NCBI GenBank assembly: GCA_964016885.1
Contig: OZ024745.1
Coordinates: 113,336,001-113,400,000 of the forward strand
Length of the DNA stretch: 64,000 bases
Source: Eledone cirrhosa
Lineage: Eukaryota
Direction of reading: 5' to 3'
The translations under genes and the position numbers were made by a program. This document shows, one piece after another, positions 44,525 to 58,674 of this stretch. The stretch's first letter is position 1. Each line of letters starts with the position of its first letter. The notes under the pieces are model-generated. The model saw only the letters and a list, made by a program, of their open reading frames with translations, had not been told where the DNA came from and did not search any database.

Positions 44525-44648
44525 TATATATATAAATATATATAAGGCTATCTGGAAATTTCTAAGCCTTCTTGTAAGCGTAATAAAAGACAAGAAATTT
44601 CAAACATACGCTCATGTTTATTCATTAAAGTAATTGCCGCTGTCTTCT
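44355..44648. repeat. Palindrome with ~105-bp arms around a (TA)n spacer
   Basis: 44355-44460 is the reverse complement of 44543-44648. Confidence 0.9.
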
Positions 44649-44649
44649 A

Positions 44650-45730
44650 TGACATTGGTTCACCTAGCAGGCAATTTAAATATTCAATCGACATAAAACT
44701 CAGTTGTTTTTGAGAAAAAGAAGTCGTGTAATTGGGGTTGGACTCCATCTAAATCATTAAATGCTTTTCCTTTTAGAAGGTTCTACAGAGACAAAAAAAA
44801 TAATAGTCGGATGGCGCAATGTCAGAGGAGTATAGTGGATGGGACAAGACACCCCACCCAAGTTCATGAAACTTTGTGCGGGTAGCCAAATACACGTGGA
44901 GTGAGGCATTGTCCTGCTTGAAGACAACACATTTCCAGTTGGAGAGCTCTGCTCTCAATAACTTGATGTTCTTATTCAAAGTTGCTAGCTGACGGTAGTA
45001 CACATCCGAATTGCTGGTCTGATTTTGTGGAAGTACCTCCTAATGGCAAGGGATGTAACTCTATGCGTCAAAGCATGGCGTCCGACCCTCTACCGATACT
45101 GCCAATCCACCGCCCTTAAAATAAATAATAACCCTCCAAATAAATAATGCCTTTGAAATCGCACCAGACACAACGTATGACCAGTTTCTGAATGAATATT
45201 CTGCCTCGGAAGCTGTCTTGGAGGATCCTCACGCAAAATCCAGGATTTTTTCTCAATACATTATCTTCATCCATTTTTTATCTCCAGTTACCAGTTGTTT
45301 CAGGAAAGGCTTAATTTCATTGCGTTTCAGAAACATATCACAGATGGAATATTGATCCATGCAGTTTTGTTCTGACAGTTTGTGAGACACCCAAATATTA
45401 TAGTGAGAAACATACCCATTGTTCACTAAGTGTTCGTAACGGTACTTTTGGAAACTTTCAGCTTCTCTTCAAGTTCTCTGGTCGTATTGTTCGAGTTTTC
45501 TTCAACGGTTATCTTCAAAATATCGTCATCTAAGGTCGAAGGTCTTCCACAGCAACTGTCATCTTCCAAGCTGAACTTAGCACGTCTAAATCTTGCAAAT
45601 CATCTCCGAACAGTTGATTCACCATAAACTCAACAATTGATTTCACATGTCAATGCAGGATTTTCACTTTTTTTGAAAAAGAAAAAAATACGTGCCGAAT
45701 ATGAAACATTTGGTTATCGATTTCAAATGG
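44650..45730 (-). pseudogene. Mariner transposase relic interrupted by a SINE A head (45045-45117)
   Basis: HIRHVF; VYGESTVRR*FARFR..FSLED...GRP; FLKQLVTGDKKW; CVWCDFKGIIY; QDNA..H; HPLYSSDIAPSDYYFF (YSPDLAP-type motif). Confidence 0.9.
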
Positions 45731-45834
45731 CAATTAGATCTAAAATAAGTAAATGATATGCTGATTGTTAACCTGGAACTTAGCTAGTAGGGTTCAATAT
45801 ATCAATATGAAAGTATATAATCTTGTAGGTTAGG

Positions 45835-45923
45835 TAGTAGACAATGAGGTACGAACTAAATTACTATGTGTGTAGTTATATTGAATGCGAGACAACATAT
45901 AAAATCAAGATACATGTCAGTAA

Positions 45924-46010
<87 letters not shown>

Positions 46011-46301
46011 GTAAAAAACATCACTTTGATAACTTTGATAGGTTTCGGCCAGTATTGGCCCAGGCCATGTCTAACTTAATAGCACCACCTGGCAAAGTCT
46101 TACAAATCAGTGTTTGGGCACCATGGCCCACTCGAGCAGAGAGTTATTGTTTACGGAGGCATATCCGGGTGTAGGAGGCTTATCCGGGATTTCCTGAAGG
46201 AAATATATGTATGTATATACATACATATATATATGTATATATATATGTATATACATACATATATATATGTATATATATACATATATGTTTTTTACGTATA
46301 T

Positions 46302-46397
<96 letters not shown>

Positions 46398-46482
46398 GTT
46401 ACTGACATGTATCTTGTTTTTATATGCTGTCTCGCATTCAATATAACTACACAGATGGTAATTTAGTTCCATCCTCATTGCC

Positions 46483-46488
<6 letters not shown>
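45835..46488. repeat. Diverged inverted duplication (45835-45930 versus 46393-46488) around (TA)n and an insert
   Basis: ACTAAATTAC...GATACATGTCAGTAA versus TTACTGACATGTATC...GTAATTTAGT, with several mismatches. Confidence 0.8.
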
Positions 46489-46546
<58 letters not shown>

Positions 46547-46607
46547 TAGAAAGTGAGGTTTTTTTTACAAATTGAAAAATAACCGAGGTCTCCTACACGA
46601 GTGAAAG

Positions 46608-46885
46608 TATAAAGAAAAAGAGATGAAATCGAAAATGCAACTGGAGTCTTATTTTTTTAAAAAATATATATTTATTTGGTTCCTTTACCGGTTTCGCAGT
46701 TCTTCTGCTTTTCAATGGACGGTCTGTGGTTTTTCTCACCAGATGTGAGAAAAACCACAGACCCTCCATCTCAACTCTACTTTTGAAAAGCAGAGGAACT
46801 GTGAAACCGGTAAAGGAACCAAATAAATATATATTTAAAAAAAAAATAAGATTCCAGTTGCATTTTCGATTTCATCTCTTTTTCT

Positions 46886-46890
<5 letters not shown>
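46608..46890. repeat. Fold-back with ~135-bp arms carrying HHR 3' halves (GAAA-CCGG-TA)
   Basis: Centre near 46742. Related sequence at 14942-15012. Confidence 0.8.
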
Positions 46891-46946
<56 letters not shown>

Positions 46947-47737
46947 CGTCCCCATGCTTCATTCGGAAACTAGATAGTTTAAACAACATATTATCAATAA
47001 GCATAGATTGGTGGTGTTTCAGTAATTCAATTAGGATTTTTTTTTAATAGACAGAAAAGTATAAGTAAAAATATGTGACCAAATTTGAATAAATACAATT
47101 GTGACTCAATTCCATTTAATATATACTGACTGTAACCTTCCAGTGAGTGAAAATGTCGGTTTTGAACAAAGAAAAATATATCATTATCAGATATATTCAA
47201 CTATTCATCGTATTTACTCTCTATGACTATATAACTGCTGTCTCAGTCATTATGTAACTCTTACTCATCTGTTCTCTTTCTCGTGTCATCTCTCTCCCTC
47301 TCTCTGTCTCCTCCTTGCAATTTCTCATTAATACTACCGTTCTAGCATATTATCTTTATTCCAATATTTGCGGCTTACGCATCTAGTTTGAAGTTTTGAG
47401 AATTATATGCTATAAGTATGATATTTATTTCATCCCAAATATGTAGGGTTCACCATATGTATATTATATCACACATATAGATATAATAGGTGGGAACATG
47501 GTATTGTGATCACATTTAGATATATAATTTTGTTACGCATGCACTCATAGATTTTAGAATTATATCCAAGTAATATAAACTTATTAATACTGTCATAGTT
47601 AAAACTGCGAATTGCATGATAATTGAAATATGTAAAATATGAGCATTGAAATAAGTGAAAACGGTTTAAACATTTTATTGGAAATACATACTTTTATAAT
47701 TTTAACTGTGTTATAAATAACTGCGTATACGTCTAAT

Positions 47738-47953
47738 GAAGGCATGTAGCTGAGTGGTTAGAGAATTGTATTCGCAATCTTGAGGTTGTGAGTTCGATTC
47801 CTGGACCGGGCGATGCGTTATGTCATTGAGCAAGACACTTTATTTAACGTTGCTCCTTCTACCTAGAGTTGTGACCGATAGATAGTACTAGCAACTGGAA
47901 AGACCAACGAAAACATTGTTTCCTCGGTCCGATTTGACGAAAGTCGATCGATC
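47738..47953 (+). mobile_element. SINE family B
   Basis: A and B boxes plus CORE-like segment. Matches 26457-26674. Confidence 0.85.
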
Positions 47954-48379
47954 CTTATATACGTCTAGTAAGAGATACATGAACTCTCATTTAGGGGCGA
48001 AATGGGGGAAAGTAAGTAAATAGGTTAAATAAGTTTAACATCGATTAATAACTCTTAAAATGTCTTTAAAAATACTCACACAAACCTTACCAACCCACAT
48101 CTACAAATAGTCAAGCGAAATATTCGATTTTACATGCCAAATACCAATAACATATATAGCAAATCAAATCTACAACAGGAAATAGCATTGTTATTATTTT
48201 GGCAATGTCCTAGGTCTAAACATTATACTTTTGACTATAATTTTTGTAAGCATAAGAACATATTCACACAATTTTACAAAGCAACACTAGTGTCAATAAA
48301 CTACCTTTGTGGGACTAAATTATGGACACAAAAATTAAACAACATACATTTTGCAGCATGACAAATTATGATTTATACG

Positions 48380-48584
48380 TTAGACACAAGGCCTGTAATT
48401 TTTGGAGGTAGGAGAAATTCGATCAAATCGACCCAGTGCGTTTCTGGTACTTTATTTTATCGACCTCATAAGAATGGAAGGCAAATCTTACTTCAGCGGG
48501 ATTTGAACTCAGAATGCAAAGGGCCGAAACTCTATGCCACAAATCATGTTGGCCGAGGCTCTACCGATACTGCCAATCCACCGA
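48380..48584 (-). mobile_element. SINE family A, diverged
   Basis: Matches the family consensus. Confidence 0.75.
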
Positions 48585-50498
48585 TAACTAATGTTGCCAC
48601 ATTCTTCTATCAGACATCAAAAAACAATAGGGAAATCTGACAAATCAAACGATTCTGAGCCGAACTAATACAAATAAATACACCTAGAATACCTAGGCTC
48701 AACGTACTAATTGATATCTTCGACACGTCAATTCCTAGTATATGGAAATAGGGCAAGGATGTAACAATTCAATAGCCCTACAAAATTCCAAGTAAAGTAT
48801 CATTATAAAGATGAATTACACTAATATGCATACCTACTGCAATTTAAAAGAGGGTTTACTTAACGTAAGGTGATCTAGCATAAACAAAACAAGAAACAAA
48901 TTAGTAACAAAGACATGTAAAAGATTTAAAAAACGTTGTTTGCTGAGAGAAAGTTTATGCCAACTATCAAAAGTACAATATCAGCTTGGCTAATAGAACA
49001 CGCCCCGGTCAATAGAAGTAACTATTGGGGTCGATGTAATAGAAAGTAGTAAAATATATGCAGATTATATAGAGAAACATACTTTCCTGAAACAACAGCA
49101 ATGTATATATTTACATCCGTCATAGAAGTAAATACTTGAACAATTTATCTGGTTTCAATGAAGTTTCAACAAGACAAGTAATTATAGAGATAACGTTTGA
49201 GATATGACAAAATCAGGTATTCCATTTCCTTTTCAACTCTAATATTTCGCTTCGACATGCAATAATTATTTACATTATACAACATACTGAAACCTAGTAT
49301 TTACATGTTCTGATTTCACCTCCACATATGAAGAAACATATTCTTATATTAATTATTTTCTTTCTAAGATTTTATCAATGATGCATAACTTTTCTTTTAA
49401 TTTTAGGTTTGAATGTCTTACAGTCTAGACACTACTAAATATATAGTATATATATATCTTTACGATACCAATAATTATATCCATCGGTGGCAGTGAATGT
49501 TATTAGTAAGCTGCTAGATGTAATAGGGTTATAGAGTAGGAACGATACTTTCGTGTTGTATCTTTGAAACCCTTTCAACTGATAGTTGAAATTATCTAAA
49601 TTTAGATTTCCTAAAGTCATTGAGAGACATGTGACCGTAACAACATCAATTTATCTCTCTTCTCTGGTTGTTAATCTCTTAGAAATTGATGAAGCCGATT
49701 CCAAATAGACAACGATACATTTCACACATAGGTTCAAGATGTTAGCTTTGCTGGAAAGATATTGGATGTTTTGACATGTATAGCATCATAAGAGGCATGA
49801 AACTAACAACAGAATTAGCATCGCTTCACTCAAGATCTCAGCACATCAGGAAGTTATCTGTACTGTTCGGCATGCCCAAGTTTCTAGTTAATTAGTTACC
49901 ATATTGTGATCAATATAATCAGAAATGCTATATCACAACAAACTTTTGGCTGTGGTCCGAGTTAAATGATCTTTAACCGGCTCCTATCTTCTTTTATTAA
50001 ATTTTCGCTCAGTTGCCAGCTAGAAGGAATTTAACAACTTCCAGTAATGCATCAAATCCTAATTCATTATGATCTGTATTTTGTATTTTTCTGTTAGCGG
50101 TAGGAATAATCGAATATTCAAGTTGGAATAAACACCTCACTAGTTTTAAAAATACGTTATGCAGTTTATAATTCATTACCGACACTGCCGTGCATTCTAA
50201 ACGATTTCTGAATCAAATTACCAGGACTGAAATGAGTAATGAGCTCCGCAGGAATGTACACACAGACAAACTGACGTTTTAGCGTAAACCTCATATATAA
50301 GGCACTCAGTCATTTGCATATATATATATATATATATATATATGTAAATATGTTTGTATGAACGTAAGTATGAATGAAATAATGTTTGATCAACAGCTTA
50401 ATGTTGGTTATATAAGACTAACGTGGAGTGCTTTTACCTAATTACATCCGCCTATCAATATGATGTTACAGCCCAAGCCTCATGAATAAGGCACTCAG

Positions 50499-50594
<96 letters not shown>

Positions 50595-50744
50595 GTATAT
50601 ATATAAGATATATATATATAATATATATATATATTTATATATATATATATATATAAGATATATATATATATATTTATATATATATATATATATAAGATAT
50701 ATATATATAATATATATATATATTTATATATATATATATATATA

Positions 50745-50803
<59 letters not shown>

Positions 50804-50821
50804 GGGGGGGGGAAGTGGCAT

Positions 50822-51018
50822 AAAGAAAAACATCGATTATGTTTCACTTATGTCTTTATTGGTTATCAACCTGTTACGTACGTTTCATAGATGATTGTCT
50901 CGACGTCCCCTCGTGTTCATAACTTTCTCAGGGAGCCTTGAGCCAATCATCTGTGAAACGTGCGTAACAGATCGATTATGAGTAAAATATGTAAACGAAA
51001 CTTCATCGTTTTTTCTTA
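50822..51018. repeat. Imperfect fold-back with HHR 3' halves (GAAA-CGTRCG-TA-ACAG)
   Basis: CTGTTACGTACGTTTCATAGATGATTG versus CAATCATCTGTGAAACGTGCGTAACAG. Confidence 0.65.
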
Positions 51019-51083
51019 ATAAATAATGGTGTATCACCTAAAAAAGCATCATTATTGAGATTTAAATCAGAATAAATTTTATG

Positions 51084-51291
51084 TCGATCGACATTCGTCA
51101 AACCGGACCAAGGAAACAATGTTTCCGTTGGTGTTTCCAATTGCTAATACTATCTATCGGTCGTAACTCCTTGTAGAGGGAGAAATGTGAAATAAAGTGT
51201 CTTGCTCATAACGCATGGCCCGGTCCAGGAATCGAATTGAGAACCTCACGATTGCGAATCCAGTTCTCTAACGAATCAGCCACACACGCCT
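51084..51291 (-). mobile_element. SINE family B
   Basis: Matches 26457-26674. Confidence 0.85.
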
Positions 51292-53169
51292 TTACTACTC
51301 AGAATAAAGCATCACTAAAAAGGAATTATGACTAACCATGTAACACTCGATCCTTTCGTCATTAATAGAATTGTATTTTGCCGTTAGAATACTATATTGC
51401 ATTAGGTTTTTAGGGGCGTAGTTCATATATGCAGTTTGTGATTTTCTTGACATACGAAACGTAAGAAAATGATATCGAATACCAAAATGAAATCGAATAT
51501 ATATGCCATGTTTGTCCGCCAGTTGTTTGATGCAACATATGATAAATACAAATGTATTTACTCTCGTTGATGTATTTGCAAAAATTGTTCGCAATACTAA
51601 CATTCATAAATCTTCAAACAGGCCTTTTTCCCATTGCTTACTCATTCATTTTAAACAAGGATCTCAGAAAAATAAGTTTTCTTTCTTAGACTCTGAGACT
51701 AGGAATACAATTAAGCTGTTTTCAAGATCGTAATGCGATTTCCGTTCTGCATACTTTGATAATATTTCGTGGGTTACAGGCTTCCATTTTATTTGATGGT
51801 GAGAGTGTAATGCTGAATCTGTTACGCTGATATTTACCTATGTTGGTGTGAGTGTATGTATGTGTGTAGATGTAGAACATGCTTTCATACAATTTCCATC
51901 TACTACATTACACTATAGCGTATTTGTTATTTGAGACTGGGATAGAGGTTGTATACCCAAGGTGTCGCACTATAGGATCGAAATCGGAACCGTGTGGTTG
52001 TGAAGCCAACTTCTTAAACTTATATACATCTGTCAACAAACCCAAAACAAATAGATTCTATTTTGCAGTAATTACAGTAATAATTATTGCTGTTTCGAAT
52101 GATATATCATCTCTCATGTGTATTCGGTAAACGAAAACGTAGGAATATTATCTGAATGTTTTAATATAATTCGTATATTTCCATATTTCCATAGAGAATT
52201 TACAGACAAACCAGCAATTGACCCAGTAACTTCCTTCTAATCAAGTTCAAAAGTGTAAGGAGCTAATAAATTATATTAGTAGCTGCACCAGAATAGGAGA
52301 ATGACAATGTCAAAACATCTCAAGTTGAGAAGGCATCGTTTTCTGGTTTCAGTTTCTAATTGTACATATTTCACACCACAACCTATCTCCTCAACACTCT
52401 CCAATTCAATCTAATCCCGGGTCCCATCACACCTGTTTGAGGAACCATTTCCTGTTTGGTTTTGAGCATGTCAAAGTTGTATATGTACTCACCACTCTTA
52501 GCCAAGGTGGGTTGGTGAGGCAATTTAACCCATAGTTGGGCTGGATGGCCGTTGACTCTGAGGAGAACATCTGCCTTTTTAACTGTTCTTGTTATTTGTG
52601 CTGCTGGGCTTCCACTTACCCTTCTCACCAGACCGGGCTCCGTTGGGGACGTTGATTTAATCGCCGACTTCCCGTACTGGGTTACGTGCTTCCAGTAGCA
52701 GGCAGAAGCCTGACCTGAATTCAACACTGTAATTGATGTTTAATCGGCACTATATAGGACCTCATCTGAAGGTTATTTTTTATTCTAAGGGCATATGATT
52801 CTTTCCGCTAATGTGTGTGCATGTAATTCCTATTTATAATGTTCGTTATATCTGTTTGAGAATCTAAACAGATTTTACAAGTATTCTTTTATCCTTTCCT
52901 AATGTGACCTATGACATATTACATTATTTACACACATCAGCGGACGTTATATTTCAATCGTAATATTGATCGTTCTTTCCACTGTTTGAAATTGAACATA
53001 ATATTTACTACATACATGACCTTTCTTTTTTTTAATGTCGTTCCATTGTGCTCTAAATAGTTTGGGGATCATTTCATGTCTCATCACATCTTGATTAATC
53101 TGACCAAAGGCTACTTATCAATAGAATACATGGCTCATGCACCAGTGCACTAATACAATAACATTATTT

Positions 53170-53351
53170 ATTGGCAGTATCAGTAGAGGGTCGGACGCCA
53201 TGCTTTCCAGCATAGTTACGTCCCTTTACGATCTGAGTTCAAATCCCGCCGAGGTTGACTTTGCCTTTCATCCTTACGGGGTCGATAAAATAAAGTACCA
53301 GTAATGCACTGGGGAAATTGCTGGCCTTGTGCCTAAAGTAGAGACAATTAT
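53170..53351 (+). mobile_element. SINE family A
   Basis: Matches the family consensus. Confidence 0.9.
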
Positions 53352-53495
53352 TTATAAAATTCTCAGCTTGTTTAATGGATGGAAATGACCTGAGATGACT
53401 AATTTCATACATTTTGTTTCCTATACTTTTTATTTCGTTTCCAGAATCTTTCAAACATTTATCTAATGAACAAGTTTTGTTTGATTTTACTTCAG

Positions 53496-53552
53496 GTATC
53501 CCTTAAGATGTCAGTATGCTTAGAAGTCCCAGGAGAACAACATAGATTAGAG
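53496..53552 (+). CDS. Candidate 57-nt host-gene exon (VSLKMSVCLEVPGEQHRLE)
   Basis: Acceptor TTTTACTTCAG and donor GAG|GTGAGT, length divisible by 3, open frame, non-repetitive. No homology recognised. Confidence 0.35.
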
Positions 53553-54133
53553 GTGAGTTTTTTCATATCTGCAATCATATTTTTACTTTCTTTTAAAGCA
53601 ATTTAACTCACTTCACATCGTTTACAATACAGAACGTCTAAAGTTGTAAAGACCACGAAATCATTGTTCAGCGCTTTACTGATCATGTTGCTAACGGGTT
53701 TTAAATTATGTAGTAATAACGTTGAGACGAGGTCACATATATCACAGATTAAACTTCGAAAGTATTTATTTTAGATAAGGTTTAGTTTAGTACACCTTAA
53801 TTATAAAGTTAACACCAGCGGGATTTAAACGCAGAAGATAATGGCATGTAAATAAAGCCATAGCGGATTTATACGGAAATTCCAGCGTACGATTTATTCA
53901 AAGCTTCTACAAGATTCCCAAATTATTGTAATGTAACTTATTTCTGTTTCAGATTATTCGAAATGTTCATTTATGCATCGTATTCAAGTTTCCTTACGCA
54001 TTTCGAATATCGAAACCATGAGAGATTTTGTTTTTGTATTTACATCTAATGTCGGTGAAAACTACAGTCACATATTCAGAAAATGCTACCTCCAAATACT
54101 GTTTGTGAATTTCTAACGTTTTCACTAACATTG

Positions 54134-54320
54134 ATGGATTGGCAGTATCGGTAGAGAGTCGGACGCCATGCTTTGACGCATAGAGTTACGGCCCTTTCCA
54201 TTCTGAGTTCAAATCCCGCCAAGGTTAACTTTGCCTTTCATCCTTACGGGATCGATAAAATAAAGTACCAGTAATGCACTGAGGTAATTGCTGGCCTTGT
54301 GCTAAAAGTAGAAACAATTA
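54134..54320 (+). mobile_element. SINE family A
   Basis: Matches the family consensus. Confidence 0.9.
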
Positions 54321-54649
54321 TATAAATTGCAAAAGTTTAACTATTTCAGTGGCATAAAAAATGATGTTTTTCTTCCAATGTTCTGTATAATTTTAAAGAA
54401 AACCATATTAGATCCTCTGTGAGTCATCGTGCAAATGTATCGGGTAAGCCCAATATTAACATAACGGAGTAGATTAAGAATTAAAAAAAACTCAAGTCGG
54501 TAGCAGGGAGTCAAAACAGCCTCGAATAAAGAGTCTTGCAGACTCTAGCTACATCATTTTACGTTTGGTATACCACAATACCCATTCAAATTCTGTTCTA
54601 TGTTTAAGCTTTATCAGGCCAACTCTGCACTAAATTGTTGCATGGTAAA

Positions 54650-54840
54650 TAATTGTTTCTACTTTTGGCACAAGGCCAGCAATTACCCAGTACATTACTG
54701 GTACTTTATTTTATCGACCCCGTAAGGATGAAAGGCAAAGTTAACCTCGGCGAGATTTGAACCCAGTCCATAAAGGGACGTAACTGTGCTGCAAAGCAAA
54801 GCGTCCGACCCTCTACCGATACTGCCAATCCACCGCCCTT
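54650..54840 (-). mobile_element. SINE family A, full length
   Basis: Matches the family consensus. Confidence 0.9.
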
Positions 54841-55524
54841 TTGCATGGTAAATAATATAAAGACGTCTTAATTAATTGCGTCCCGCTCAGGATATCTAGT
54901 TTTGTTGGAAAGGAAAGATAATGATACTATATTCATTTTGAGTATGTTTTAAATATTGTTAGGTTTTGAATTCTCTTCAAAATCCGAACTTAAGATTTGT
55001 TTTCGAACCCTACATCTAGTGAGGTAGCGTTTTAGAAATGTTGTTTGTATACTTTATTGGATTTTACTTCCGAGTGATTTTCTGTTTCAATATTCGCTTA
55101 TATTTTTTTTATTTTGGATTATTATCTCTATTTAGATAATGTTCAGATAAAAGATATAGGAAAAGAATGAAGGAAATATAAACAATAGTTACATTTCAAT
55201 CAGGTAATTAGATATTGTTGTGTTGAACTAGCTGATTGTAAGAGAATTGTATTTCTACAATATATGACTGTAATATGAAAGAATGAAGAACTCATTGCAT
55301 GAGTTATTGTGTGAAAATGAAAATGAAAACAAAACATTTTTTAATACGATTCAGTAGTTAGTAGTGGTTATGTTTATTATATCCTTCTTGCTGCTCATCT
55401 TTGAAGATATTGATTTTAATATTTCAATTCTCATTGAAATATTTGCTCATATTGTCGCAGACGTTTCAATGTAGAGTGTTTACTGCGGTCATATCTGGAT
55501 ATACTAGTATTATTGGCGCAATAT

Positions 55525-55740
55525 CTTAGATGTCTGGACTTAGCTCAGCGGTTATGGTGTTCAGCTCAAGCAATGCATTATTTCAAGTTGCTCCAGCGCC
55601 CTCAGCTGGCAAAGATGAGAACTATGTTAAATGCACATGCGTACCTGGAATTATCAGGCAATTGCTCGTTAAATTCCCAAGTTGGTTGTTCCATTATTCA
55701 ATAGGAACACTCGTCTTTGGAACCGACGGAGATCCAATAA
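55525..55740 (+). mobile_element. Old SINE B-related relic
   Basis: Shares TTATTTCA.GTTGCTCC and CTCGTCTTTGGAACCGACGGAGATC-like segments with family B. Confidence 0.4.
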
Positions 55741-56060
55741 TACACATATATATAAATATATATATATATATGTTTTTTCATATTTCAATTTCTTATTTCT
55801 TTTATTTTTCCTTTTTCTTTCTCCAAACGTATTTTTTCTCGTGTACTTATACACCAGCATATATGGGGGTTGTATCCACACCTCAAGTGCATTACCATTT
55901 ACGGGCAAATAGATAGTAGCGTATTTATCCGGCAAACATGAGCTGTCGGTTAGACCCATATGTGTGTTGAGGACCTTTTTTCCCGTTGAGTTGGGTTATA
56001 CGCCCCTTTATTATTAAGGTATTTCATTTAGTCAAAGTTACGGCGAGATCTTCTATTTCA

Positions 56061-56130
<70 letters not shown>

Positions 56131-56239
56131 ATATTTGGAGAGGGTCATATTGTTGTAATAATATTGCCAGAATTAATAACAGAACACACTCACTGCTCGG
56201 TTGGTTTTCGCTTCTGTATATTTTATATCAGTTAATTCA

Positions 56240-58373
56240 AACAGCGCACATGGGATGGTGAGGTAGTATGTCTACCCACCGGATAAGTATGGTAGGATGT
56301 CAATAGACAGCATGCTGAACTACATCAAGGCTATGCAATCCCACATCACCAACGAGAGCGAAATTACACAGCAAATACATGATGGGAGAGAGAAGATCCT
56401 CAATGGTCACATGATGATGTGGACCGACATTCTAAAGCCAAGCAGACGCACTGCCAACAACTTCCAGGCGTCTAACAATGACATACCACCCTTGTATGGG
56501 CTCCGCACAGACCATAAGACAGTCGACGGCCCGACAACGAGACCATCAACAAGACCCGTATGCGGAGCCAATATCGCTAGCAACTGCAGGATCTCCTACT
56601 TCCTCTCAATGGTTATACGCCCCATAATCAAGATGTCCCCAGATGTATGTGACAGTGCAGAGGACCTCATCAGCAGAATTAATGAATGCAACAAAAACAA
56701 AAACCTATCTAACTGCATAATAGGCAGTATGGACGTGGTGTCACTATAACGATCCATTAACATTGATTTTGCTGTGGAAAAATGTGTGGGCATGATCAGT
56801 GAGAGTGAGGTGGAGTTCTGCGACGTCGACACAGACGAACTGGGCCTCCTACTTAGACTTACCTATGACACTGACTACCTAGACAGCCATAACCTTAGCC
56901 GTTTCTGCCCCAGTAGACCCATAAGAGGTAGATCCTCCACCATAACCTCAATGGCAAAAAAGACTCCCATGGGAAGGTGGAATGGGTGGACCAAAGCCAT
57001 ACGGACCCCAAGAGACAATGACCAGGTAAGAAAAATGGTCGCACATGCAATAGGGGCTAGTATTAAAACTACTCTAAAGGGCCACATATTCAAATTCAAC
57101 GAGATCTACATCCAAAATGAGGGAACAGCCATTGGCGTCAGCATAGCTGGTGACGTTGCCAACCTTTTAATGGTATGATTGGGAAGGAGACTGTAAGATA
57201 TTGCTGAGAGCTCTATATACCTCATCATGTACTCTCGTTACGCAGACGACATTAATATAGTAATAAGGACACCCCCACAAGAGAGTACTAACAAGTTTGA
57301 TTTAGACTGTACCACAATGGAAAGCATCCAGCAGATAGCTAATTCCATACACCAGAGTATAACCGTAACTATCGACTACCCTTCCAAACACCCTAAGAGT
57401 AGACTACCTGTATTAGACACGGATTTATGGATTAACACTATAGACGAGAGGGCCCAAATTCTCCACTCGCCCTACGCTAAACCCATGGCCTCCAAATACT
57501 GGATACTCAAAAGCTCAGCAATGTCCAGTAGTACTAAGTTTAATATTCTGATCGCAGACTTGGTACGAGTGATGAAGAACGTGTCCCGCAAGTGCGACTC
57601 AACAGAAATGGAAAGACACATCCAACACTTCATCAATCGCATGCAGTTCTCTGGCTACAACCAAAGAGACAGAATCAGAGTATACGAAGGAGCCACGGAG
57701 AAGTATAAGACCCTCATAGAACTGGAATTTGCCCATTATACAGGAACAAATCATGGAATAGCTTAGATAGGACTAAACATAAGATAGGGAAAGCCACCTC
57801 ATGGTACGACAACCAGAGATACCAGAGCGTCATGTTCGTGGACGCTACCCCTGGAGGAAAATTAGCTAACCAGTGTAGAAAGGTCCTGAGAAAGACCCAC
57901 GAAAAGATTAAGGTGGTAGAAAGGCCAGGAACCACCATAAAATCCCTGATCAGCAAAACATACCCTTTTATGAAAACCCACTGTACTAATAGGAAATGCA
58001 TTATATGTAAAGTAAACCCCCGGAGAAACTGTGAAACTAGAAACGTAGTCTATAGCATAAGATGTACAGAGGGTACTTTCCGAAACATGACAACAACATA
58101 CATAAGCGAGACAGCTCGTAGCATAGGTGAAAGGATAGACCAACCCCGGGGGAAACTAAAAAGGACGAAAAAACGGTTCAGTACTATACGAACACGCCAG
58201 ACGACAACATGACGGTAACATAGACAACATAGAAATTAAAATAATATCTAAACATAGAAATGACCCAGCAGATAGGCAAATCAGAGAAGCAAGTGAAATA
58301 GAACTTAGAAGGCCAAAGCTAAACAGAAAAATTGAATGGAAAAACAACACCCAAACAAACAATACTGGCCTAA
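56240..58373 (+). pseudogene. PLE B reverse transcriptase plus GIY-YIG endonuclease, with stops and frameshifts
   Basis: PLYGLRTDHK, TRPVCGA, IGSMDVVSL, YIQNEGTAIG, YSRYADD, RLPVLD, YAKPM, MQFSGY, C..C..C, NVVYSIRC, YISETARSIGER, RQIREA..I...RPKLN. Confidence 0.92.
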
Positions 58374-58630
58374 GAGAAATATAAATAAATAAATAAATAT
58401 ATACATAAGCACAATAACAACAAACATATATAAATACACACTAGTAAACTAAGATAGAATACAATAACGGAAACACAGTCACCCAAACGCGAACACACAC
58501 CAAACACTATACACACACACAAACGCATGCGCAGAGAAGAAGACACAAATAAATAAATAAATAAATAAATAAATAAACAGATTAAATAAAGATGGTGTAG
58601 ATATACAATACAACAGGAGAAACATAATAG

Positions 58631-58674
58631 CACCACTGACGATGTTGCAGATGTGCAACGAAAGAACTTTGTTA
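58631..58674 (+). ncRNA. Hammerhead motif in the PLE B 3' repeat, stem I eroded
   Basis: CACCA-CTGACGA-T-GTTGCA(GATG)TGCAAC-GAAA-GAAC-TT-TGTTA. Confidence 0.65.

Noticed and set aside
46030-46075. Minus-strand GGCCA-ATAC-TGGCC-GAAA hairpin as a hammerhead
   Set aside because: No CUGANGA upstream and no convincing stem III.
47738-47815. Functional tRNA gene
   Set aside because: It continues into a multi-copy SINE body and lacks a proper acceptor stem; the same applies to the other tRNA-like heads.
49408-49505. Exon after a strong polypyrimidine/AG acceptor
   Set aside because: All three frames from the acceptor hit stops. A UTR exon cannot be excluded but is unsupported; likewise for AG sites near 33112 and 42138.
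57176-57178. In-frame TGA in the PLE B RT
   Set aside because: It falls where Trp is expected after motif B' in a copy with many other lesions, so it is ordinary decay.
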